Shown here: one piece after another, positions 24,942-32,704 of the stretch
Layout: each line of letters opens with the position of its first letter
Numbering within the stretch: position 1 is the stretch's first letter
Source: Vulcanimicrobiota bacterium
Lineage (GTDB): Bacteria > Vulcanimicrobiota > Vulcanimicrobiia > Eremiobacterales > Eremiobacteraceae
Reading direction: 5' to 3'
Assembly (NCBI GenBank): GCA_963805945.1
Contig: CAWDVP010000007.1
Coordinates: forward strand, 1 to 32,704
Length of the DNA stretch: 32,704 nucleotides
Position numbers and translations under genes: made by a program
Notes under the pieces: model-generated
The model's database searches: none
The model's input: only the letters and a program-made list of their open reading frames with translations
What the model was told of the DNA's origin: nothing

Positions 24942-25932
24942 AGCGACGACGCCAGCTCATCGACTATGTGATCGGCGGTCTCGGCCTGTACGTGCTGATC
25001 GGCCTCGATCATCGGCGTCATGCTGTTCGCGATCCCGCTGCCCGTGCTCGTGTTCGGGCCGGGCGCGGCGGTGGACCTCAACAACTTGGTGATCGTCCCC
25101 GATCACACGCCGCCGTCAGGCAGGCTCTACCTCACCGACGTGACCGTCATGCCCGGCCGGCCGGCGACCTATATCGCGGGCAAGCTGCTGCCGGGCTTCG
25201 AGGTCGTGCCGCGCCAGCAGTACGCGGGCAATTCCGACGATTCGCAGTTCGACCGCCAGCTCGAAGACGCGATGAAGGACAGCCAGACGGTCGCGCAGAT
25301 CGTGGCCGAGCGCGCCGCCGGCTTGCGTGTCATGACGAAGCAGGTCACGACCGTCGCGGGCATCAACCGCTCGCTGCCCGCGGCGCATTGCTTCAAGCTC
25401 GGGGACGTGGTGGATTCGATCGAGGGCCACGTGCCGACGACGGCGACCACCGTGCCGGACATCACCGCGAGCAAACCGGTCGGCACGCTCTTCCATCTCT
25501 CGGTCGAGCGCGCCGGCAAGCACATCGACGTCGCGTGCCGGACCGCTGCATACAAAGGCAAGCCTCGTTTCGGGATCATAATCTCGTCGATCGACAAGCC
25601 GGTGAACCTGCCGGTGCACGTGACCTATCACGTCGCAGCATATCAACGGCTCGTCAGCGGGCCTGATGTTCGCGCTGCAGATCTACCGCACGCTCATGGG
25701 CGAGGCGCTGGCGGGCGGCAAGAACATCGCGGGAACGGGCGTGCTGAGCCCGGACGGCACCGTGCTGCCCGTGGGCGGAGCGATCGAGAAACTGCAAGCG
25801 GCGATCCGCAAACATGCCGACGTGTTCCTGGTGCCGAAGACGGACTTCCCATCGATCGAGGGCACGCCCGGTATCACGATCGTGGCGGTGTCATCGTTCG
25901 CGGACGCGATCAAGAAACTGGCGGACCTATAG
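24938..25932 (+). CDS. YlbL-like membrane-anchored PDZ plus Lon-C (S16) protease (two apparent frameshifts)
   Basis: Joining frames at about 25007 and 25635 gives TM anchor, PDZ, INGSSAGLMFAL, IAGTG and VGGAIEK (Ser-Lys dyad). Confidence 0.82.
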
Positions 25933-25942
25933 GAGGACGATC

Positions 25943-27414
25943 ATGCACATGAGGCGGGTGCTGCTCCTGGCCGCGATCTTCGCGGCGTGCGCGCTCGGCG
26001 GCGCGTCGAATGCGCGCGCGGACATGCCGAGCGGTGCGACCGCGCAAGCGCAACGGCCGAACATCATCTTCATCCTCACCGACGACCTGAGCTGGAACCT
26101 CGTGCAATACATGCCGAACGTCCAGGCGATGCAAAAAGACGGCATGACCTTCACGCGCTATTTCGTCACCGATTCGCTGTGCTGCCCGTCGCGTTCGTCG
26201 ATCTTCACCGGCAGGGTGCCACACAACACCGGCGTCTTCACGAACACGCCGCCCGACGGCGGCTACGAGGCGTTCAACGCGCACGGCAACGAGGCGCTCG
26301 CGTTCTCGGTGGCGCTCAAGGGCGGCGGCTACAAGACGCTCATGCTCGGCAAGTACCTAAATGGCTACGAGCCCCAGGTCAACGGCATCCCCCGGGGTGG
26401 AACGGCTGGGGCGTCGCCGGCAACGGGTATCCCGAATTCAACTACGTGCTCAACCAGAACGGCCGTATCGCGAAGTACGGCAGCACCCCGCAGGATTATC
26501 TGACCGATGTGGTCTCGGGTCTGGCGGATACGTTCATCCGCAGTTCCGCGCCGGGGCCGTACTTCGTCGAGATCGCGACGTTCGCGCCGCACGCGCCGTA
26601 TATCCCGGCGCCCCGCAACGCCAACGACTTCCCAGGACTCGGCTATCCTCGAGACGCCGCCTTCGGCTTGCGACCCGGGCCGACCGCGCCGTTGTGGCTC
26701 AAGGACATCCCGCCGCTGCGGCCTATGGAGATCAAGAAGATAGAAGAGCACTACCGCATGCGAGCGCAGTCGGTGCAGGCGGTCGACCAGATGATCGGCC
26801 GGATCCGCGCGACGGTAGCGGCGCTCGGCGGCAACAATACGTACATCGTCTTCAGCTCCGACAACGGCTATCACATGGGCGAGTACTCGCTGCGGCCAGG
26901 CAAGATGACGCCGTTCGACACCGACATCCGCGTGCCGCTCATCGTCGTCGGGCCAGGGGTGCCTGCCGGCCAGAGCGTGGACGCGATCGTCGAGAACGTC
27001 GATCTCAACCCGACGTTCACCGAGCTCGGCCAGTCACCGGGAGCGACCGCGCCCGACGGACACAGTCTCGTCGCCCTGCTCCACGGCGGCGCCGCCACGG
27101 AGTGGCGACACGTCGCGCTCGTCGAACATCACCGTCCTGGTCCGCTGCCCAATATCAACGATCCCGACGCGCCGATCCCCCACTCGGCCAACCCGACGAC
27201 GTATAACGCGCTGCGGCTCGCCGGTGCGATGTACGTCGAATACGCGGATGGCGAAGTCGGATACTACGACTTGGTGAAGGATCCGCTCGAGCTGACGAAT
27301 GTCGCACCGAGCGTGCCGGCCGCGCAGCTGCAGCGATTGCACGCCATACTGCTCGCGAACACGCAGTGCAAAGGCGCGACACAGTGCTGGGCGGCGCAAA
27401 GCATGACCCGGTAA
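25943..27414 (+). CDS. Secreted sulfatase, GlcNAc-6-sulfatase-like (one apparent frameshift near 26390)
   Basis: AGGAGG SD, signal peptide, PNIIFILTDD, CCPSR (CxPxR), GKYLN, APHAP, SSDNGYH. Confidence 0.88.
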
Positions 27415-27424
27415 GGTGACTTAT

Positions 27425-27490
27425 GTAGCGACCTACCTTTAGGTCGTTCGTGCAAGACGGAGAGGGCCGACCTAAAAGGTCGTCCCCTAC
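27425..27490. repeat. Inverted REP doublet (REPIN-like), family A, partly degenerate
   Basis: GTAGCGACCTACCTTTAGGTCG, then reverse-strand GTAGGGGACGACCTTTTAGGTCGGCCC. Confidence 0.75.
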
Positions 27491-27525
27491 AGCGCTCAAC
27501 GACCGCGTCCCGCAGAGGGGCACGT

Positions 27526-27554
27526 TTGACAGAGCGGACCAGCTTTTCTATAAT
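27526..27554 (+). promoter_or_regulatory. Consensus sigma70 promoter of the yceD-rpmF-fab operon
   Basis: TTGACA-N17-TATAAT exact match. Confidence 0.9.
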
Positions 27555-27615
27555 GTATCAAGTCGTTTGACGGCCCGTCCAATACCGGCGGGCTTTCGTG
27601 TGCGCAGGCATCCCC

Positions 27616-28122
27616 ATGAAGATATCAGTAGAACGTCTCTTTGGCCACGACGTCGAGGTCATCGAGGTCGACCAGCCATTGCGGCTGCGAGACGAGCTCG
27701 CGGCCCGCTATCCCGACGGCGTCCGGCTCACCGCCTCCGTGCGCCACATCCAGCACGGCGTGTACATGGAAGGCCATGCGCAGGGGCGGGAAGTGGAGAC
27801 GTGCACGCGCTGCCTCGAGCCGTTCGTGCGCGAGGTACGGGTCGCGATCGAAGAGGTCTTCAGCGAAGACGTGCCGGCGCAGGACGCGCAGTTCTCCGAT
27901 CTGGCGCCGCTCGTGGACCGCACGATCGACGCGAACGAACTGGTCGAGCAGCTGCTCGAAGTGGACGAACCGATGGCGGCGGTGTGCAGCGACGACTGCC
28001 GAGGCATCTGCCCCACCTGCGGCGCGAACCGGAATCGGGAGCGCTGCGATTGCCGTGACGACAGCATCGACGAGCGGCTGGCCGGCCTGGCGAAATTCTT
28101 GCAAGAGCCTGGAGTGAACTAA
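27616..28122 (+). CDS. yceD: DUF177/YceD-family protein
   Basis: CTRCLE, CSDDCRGICPTCG, DERLAGL; directly upstream of rpmF. Confidence 0.9.
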   Translation: MKISVERLFGHDVEVIEVDQPLRLRDELAARYPDGVRLTASVRHIQHGVYMEGHAQGREVETCTRCLEPFVREVRVAIEEVFSEDVPAQDAQFSDLAPLVDRTIDANELVEQLLEVDEPMAAVCSDDCRGICPTCGANRNRERCDCRDDSIDERLAGLAKFLQEPGVN

Positions 28123-28127
28123 AAGAC

Positions 28128-28323
28128 ATGGCGAATCCGAAACAAAAACGCAGTAAGTCGAACACGCGGACCCGGCGCGCGACCTGGAAAACGACGCCGC
28201 CGACCGTGTCGAACTGTCCGCAATGCCACCAGCCGCGCCGGCCGCATTACGCGTGCCCGAACTGCGGCTACTATAAAGAATCGGGTGGCGATCGCGCAGA
28301 AGGACGAAGCCGCGAAGGCCTAG
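28128..28323 (+). CDS. rpmF: 50S ribosomal protein L32, Zn-binding form (one apparent frameshift)
   Basis: MANPKQKRSK...CPQC...HYACPNCGYY. Removing one base at 28275-28278 gives KNRVAIAQKDEAAKA*, ending right before fabH. Confidence 0.92.
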
Positions 28324-29403
28324 ATGAACTACGGCGTCACGATCACCGGCGTCGGCGCGTACGCGCCCTCCGGCATCCTCACCAACGAGGATCTGGAAAA
28401 GCTCGTCGATACCAGCGACGAGTGGATCGTGCAACGCACCGGCATGAAGCGCCGGCACATCGCCGGGCCGAACGAAGCGACCTCCGATCTCGCGCTGCCC
28501 GCCGCGGTCGCGGCGCTCGAGGCCGCGAAGAAGACGCCCAATGACGTCGAGTGCCTCATCGTGGCGACGGCCACGCCCGACTATCTCTTCCCCGCGACCT
28601 CGTGCATCGTCGCCGCGCGCTTGGGCATACCCGGCACCGCCGCGTTCGATCTGTCCATCGGCTGCTCGGGCTTCGTCTATTCGCTGACGACCGCGTCCGC
28701 GCTCATCCGCTCCGGCGTCTACAAGACCATCCTGGTGATCGGCGCGGAGACGCTCTCGAAGATCGTCGATTACACCGATCGCTCCACCTGCGTGCTGTTC
28801 GGCGACGGCGCCGGCGCGGCGGTGCTGGAACGATCGGAAGAAGATTGCTTCCTCGGCAGCGAGCTGGGCGCGGAAGGCTCCGACCCCAGCGTGCTCTATC
28901 TGCCCGCCGGCGGCAGCCGCATGCCGCTCTCGCGCAACGGCGAGATCACCGAGCAGCGCCTGGGCTTCATCAAGATGCAGGGTCAAGCGGTGTTCAAGTT
29001 CGCGGTGCAGCAGATGGCGAGCTCGACCCTCGCGGCGCTCGCCAAAGCCGGCTTGACGGCCGCGGACGTGGACTTCGTCGTGCCGCATCAGGCGAACAAG
29101 CGCATCGTGGACGCGACGATGAAGATGCTGCAGCTGCCGCTCGAGAAATGCATCACCAACGTCGACGAGTACGGCAACACCTCGGCCGCCTCGATCCCAT
29201 TGGCGCTGGCGGAATCGATCCGCAGCGGCAAGCTCAAGAAGGGCAACGTCGTCGTGTTCGTCGCCTTCGGCGCCGGCCTGTCCTGGGGTGCGGTGGTGTG
29301 GCGCTGGATGGGCGCACCGGTGGGCGCGGTGCCGGCCAGCGCCGTGCGGCCGGAGTCGGCCGCTATCGTCGGTCGAATGAGTTCGACCGCTCCAGCCCTC
29401 TAA
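28324..29403 (+). CDS. fabH: Beta-ketoacyl-ACP synthase III
   Basis: DTSDEWI, GCSGF, LFGDGAGA, PHQAN, YGNTSAAS, FGAGLSWG. Confidence 0.95.
   Translation: MNYGVTITGVGAYAPSGILTNEDLEKLVDTSDEWIVQRTGMKRRHIAGPNEATSDLALPAAVAALEAAKKTPNDVECLIVATATPDYLFPATSCIVAARLGIPGTAAFDLSIGCSGFVYSLTTASALIRSGVYKTILVIGAETLSKIVDYTDRSTCVLFGDGAGAAVLERSEEDCFLGSELGAEGSDPSVLYLPAGGSRMPLSRNGEITEQRLGFIKMQGQAVFKFAVQQMASSTLAALAKAGLTAADVDFVVPHQANKRIVDATMKMLQLPLEKCITNVDEYGNTSAASIPLALAESIRSGKLKKGNVVVFVAFGAGLSWGAVVWRWMGAPVGAVPASAVRPESAAIVGRMSSTAPAL
29370..29393 (-). repeat. REP family B copy inside the fabH 3' coding region
   Basis: Reverse strand GGAGCGGTCGAACTCATTCGACCG, one mismatch from the 8793 copy. Confidence 0.75.
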
Positions 29404-29411
29404 CGGCGCGC

Positions 29412-30371
29412 GTGGCGACGCTCGGGATCATCTTTCCCGGTCAAGGCTCGCAAAGCGTCGGCATGGGCGTCGACGTGGCCGCCAAGTTCCCGCGCGCGCA
29501 CGAATGCTTCGAGCGCGCCTCGAAGATCCTCGGTTACGATCTGCTCGAGCTGTGCCGCAGCGGCTCCGATGAGGCGCTGCGCGAGACGCGCGTCAGTCAG
29601 CCTGCCATCTTCACCACCAACGTCGCCATCTATCGCGCGGTCGAGTCGCTCGACGTCGCGCCGATCGTGTCGGCCGGGCATTCGTTCGGCGAATACTGCT
29701 CGCTCACGATCGCGGGCTCGCTCATCCTTCGAGGACGCGCTGCGGCTGGTCAACGAGCGCGGCCTCGCGATGGGCGCGGCCGCGGACGAGGCGCCGGGCA
29801 GCATGGCGGCGATCATCGGCTTCGACCAGGCGCGCATCGAAGCGCTATGCGCTGAGGCGAGACAGGAGAGCGGCGCACGCGTGGACCTCGCGAACCTCAA
29901 TGCTCCCTTGCAGATCGTCGTCTCCGGCGACGCCGCGGGCGTGAATGCGCTGAGCGAGCTCGCCAAAGATGCGGGTGCCAAGCGCGTGGTCACGCTCAAC
30001 GTGTCGGGCGCGTGGCACTCCGAGCTGATGCGCTCGGCCGTGCCGCGCTTCGCGAAGTTCATCGAGCAGGCGGCCATCGAGCTGCCCGGTTTCGAGGTCA
30101 TCTCCAACGTCGAGGTGCAGCCCTACAGCTCGGTCGAGCAGATCCGGCGCTGCCTCATCGCCAGTCTGCGTCTCGCGCGTGCGCTGGCACGAGACCGCGG
30201 AGTCCGTGGCGGCTCGCAAACCCGATTTCATCGTCGAGTGCGGCGCGAACGCGGTGCTGGCGCCGATGATGCGCAGGCTGCCTGAGCGTCGTGGCAGAGC
30301 GCTGTCTCCACATCGCGGATGCCGAAGGCGTCGCTAAACTCGGCCGCGCGGCCGTCGCGGAGGTCTCGTGA
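29412..30371 (+). CDS. fabD: Malonyl-CoA:ACP transacylase (three apparent frameshifts)
   Basis: FPGQGSQ, SQPAIF, GHSFGEY, VSGAWHS, VRWHE after removing single bases at about 29724, 30169 and 30284. Confidence 0.9.
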
Positions 30372-31117
30372 TGTCCGGACCGCTTGCAGGCAGGACCGCC
30401 CTCATCACAGGCGCGGGGACCGGCATCGGGCGCGCCATCGCGCACGCGTTCGGTGCTGCGGGCGCCTCGCTCATGCTGGCGGGCCGGCGGGCCGAACCGC
30501 TGGAGGCGGTACGGCAGGAGGTCGCGCAGGCCGGCGGAACCGCGCACGTACGCACGGCGGACGTCTCGGTGCAGACCGAGGCCGCGGACCTGGTGAAAGC
30601 GACCGCCGAATCGCTCGGCCGGCTCGATATCCTGGTCAACAACGCCGGGCGCACCTACGATCAGCTCATCCTGCGGATGAAGTGGGATGAGCTCGACGCC
30701 ACCCTGGCCACGAACCTGCAATCGATGTTCTACACCTGCGCCGCCGCGGGGAAGCTCATGATAGGCCAGAAGGGCGGATGCATCATTAATATCACTTCTG
30801 TCGTAGCCCTGACGGGAAATGCCGGACAGAGCGCGTATGTCGCTTCCAAGGCCGGCGTCATCGGTTTGACCAAATCGCTGGCCCAGGAGTTCGGGTCGCG
30901 CAACGTCCGCGTCAATGCGGTCGCGCCTGGGTTTATCGAGACGGAGATGACGGCGTCGCTGCCGGATGCGACGAAGCAGGCGTATCTCGGCCGCGTGCCG
31001 CTACGGCGGTTCGGCGACGCGGACGAGGTCGCTCGAGTCGCGTTGTTCTTGGCGAGCGACGCAGCGGCGTACATGACGGGCCAGACGCTGGCCGTCGACG
31101 GCGGTCTGCACATGTAG
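30371..31117 (+). CDS. fabG: 3-oxoacyl-ACP reductase
   Basis: TGAGTGIG, LVNNAG, YVASK, NAVAPGFI, VDGG; synteny. Confidence 0.92.
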   Translation: MSGPLAGRTALITGAGTGIGRAIAHAFGAAGASLMLAGRRAEPLEAVRQEVAQAGGTAHVRTADVSVQTEAADLVKATAESLGRLDILVNNAGRTYDQLILRMKWDELDATLATNLQSMFYTCAAAGKLMIGQKGGCIINITSVVALTGNAGQSAYVASKAGVIGLTKSLAQEFGSRNVRVNAVAPGFIETEMTASLPDATKQAYLGRVPLRRFGDADEVARVALFLASDAAAYMTGQTLAVDGGLHM

Positions 31118-31138
31118 CGGTCGAATTCTATTCGACCG
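31114..31138 (+). repeat. REP family B overlapping the fabG stop codon
   Basis: GTAG-CGGTCGAAT-TCT-ATTCGACCG. Confidence 0.75.
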
Positions 31139-31169
31139 AAGACTCAAGACGAGAGGATACGAGATCTAG

Positions 31170-31409
31170 ATGGCAGTCTTTGAAAAAGTGAAGAAAACGA
31201 TCGTCGAGCAGCTCGGCGTGGAGGAGAGCGAAGTGACGATGGACGCGTCGATCACCGACGACCTCGGCGCGGATTCGCTCGATCAGGTCGAGCTGGTCAT
31301 GGCTCTCGAGACGGAGTTCAATCTCGATATACCGGACGAAGAAGCCGAGAAGATCAAGACCGTCGGCGACGCCGTCAAGTATATCGAATCGGTGACCGAA
31401 AAAGCGTGA
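31170..31409 (+). CDS. acpP: Acyl carrier protein
   Basis: [17 protein letters not shown]. Confidence 0.97.
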   Translation: MAVFEKVKKTIVEQLGVEESEVTMDASITDDLGADSLDQVELVMALETEFNLDIPDEEAEKIKTVGDAVKYIESVTEKA

Positions 31410-31457
31410 TCGTCGCGCGCGGCCCCGCCTGCTCTCCGCACCCGCGCTAGCAGTCCG

Positions 31458-32704
31458 ATGTTCGATTCCCTCTCCGATCGCCTGTCGGCGATCTTTCGTC
31501 GATTACGCTCGCGCGGCAAGCTGACCGAACCCGATGTCGCCGAAGTGCTGCGCGAGATCCGCATCGCGCTGCTCGAGGCCGACGTCAATCTGCAGGTCGC
31601 CAAGGATTTCATCGCGTCGATCCGCGAGCGGGCGATCGGCGCCGAGGTGCTCGCGTCCCTCACGCCCGCGCAGGCCGTCATCGGGATCGTGCGCGACGGT
31701 CTGGTGGAGCTGCTCGGCGGCCAAGCCGTCGCCGTACGATTCGCGCCGACGGGCGTGACGCCGGTCGTGCTGGCCGGCCTGCAGGGCAGCGGCAAGACGA
31801 CGCAGGCCGCGAAACTCGCGTTGCGCTGGAAAGACGAGGGGCGACGCCCCTTGCTGGTGGCGTGCGACGTGCATCGCCCAGCGGCGGTGGACCAGCTCGT
31901 CGCGCTCGGCGCGCAGATCGGGGTGCCGGTCTACAGCGAGCCGGGCTCGACCGATGCGCCGGGCATCGCGCGACGCGCGCTGGCCCAAGCGCAGCAGACC
32001 GGCAACGCGGTCGCGATCTTCGACACAGCGGGCCGCCTGCAGATCGACGAGCCGATGATGGAAGAGCTCGCGGCGGTGTCGGCCGCCGTCGAACCGCTCG
32101 AGACGCTGCTCGTCGTCGACGCCATGACCGGGCAGGAAGCGGTGAAAGTCGCAACCGCGTTCGATCAGCGGATCCGGCTCACGGGCACGATTCTCGACCA
32201 AGATGGACGGCGACGGCCGTGGCGGCGCGGCCCTTTCGATACGCGCGGTGACCGGAAGACCGGTGAAGTTCATCGGCGTGGGCGAGAAATCGAGCGCGCT
32301 CGAGCCGTTCCACCCGGACCGGCTCGTCTCGCGCATCCTCGGCATGGGCGATGTTCTCACTCTCATCGAGAAGAGTCAGCGCCTCTATGACGAAAAGCAG
32401 ACGAAAGAACTCGCGACGAAGATCCGCACGTCGAGCTTCACCCTGCAAGACTTCCTGGAGCAATGCCGGCAGGTGAAGCGGATGGGCTCCGTCCAGGACC
32501 TGCTCAAGATGATCCCCGGCATGGGCAAAGCCGTCGCCGGCCGGGAAATCGACGAGTCGCAGTTGGCGCGCATCGAAGCCATCATCTGCTCGATGACGCC
32601 GCGTGAGCGCATTGATCCGCGCGTGCTCAACGCCAGCCGCCGCCGCCGGATCGCCGCCGGCAGCGGCACGCAAGTGCAAGACGTGAACCAGCTCATCAAG
32701 CAGT
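31458..32704 (+). CDS. ffh: Signal recognition particle protein Ffh (3' partial, one apparent frameshift near 32196)
   Basis: ALLEADVN, GLQGSGKTT, DTAGR, then in shifted frame TKMDGDGRGG, SRILGMGD, SRRRRIAAGSG. Confidence 0.95.

Noticed and set aside
24449..25666. 405-aa ORF as a novel fusion protein
   Set aside because: Chimera of the coiled-coil gene and the start of the ylbL-like gene created by frameshift errors.
24458..32704. Pseudogenisation or programmed frameshifting of fabD, ffh, rpmF, ylbL-like and sulfatase genes
   Set aside because: Conserved housekeeping genes with intact motifs on both sides, no shared slippery sequence, and a wobble-position pattern that fits a consensus artefact.

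Overview
High-GC bacterial chromosomal window. A soil lineage such as Eremiobacterota is plausible from gene content, but that is only an impression. 0-5.5 kb: a general-stress/polyphosphate block (ROK/PPGK kinase, two small stress proteins, Nramp transporter, YegS-type lipid kinase, YqeG phosphatase, PPK2) with SigB/SigF-like promoters. 5.5-10.5 kb: the best candidate for an undescribed system. It holds a Tes/GDGT-MAS-like radical SAM enzyme, a divergent Lgt-family transferase and three small Cys-bearing membrane proteins. Two of these are zinc-ribbon proteins ending in a shared lipobox-like LGA-x-x-VC motif, and one is fully visible only with an ATC start. An output-less membrane GAF protein lies directly upstream. 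10.5-21 kb: dinB, a TIGR01777 epimerase, a CPBP protease, a split/rearranged LigD, tldD-tldE with a small downstream peptide, an FAD oxidoreductase and tRNA-Cys. 21-32.7 kb: the housekeeping string recG-rsmD-coaD-(coiled coil)-ylbL-like, a sulfatase, and yceD-rpmF-fabH-fabD-fabG-acpP-ffh (no plsX or fabF). Two GTAG-type REP families are scattered through the window. Nine frameshifts occur beyond 24.7 kb. Eight look like both alleles of a synonymous SNP written side by side, which points to a strain-mixing consensus artefact rather than pseudogenes.
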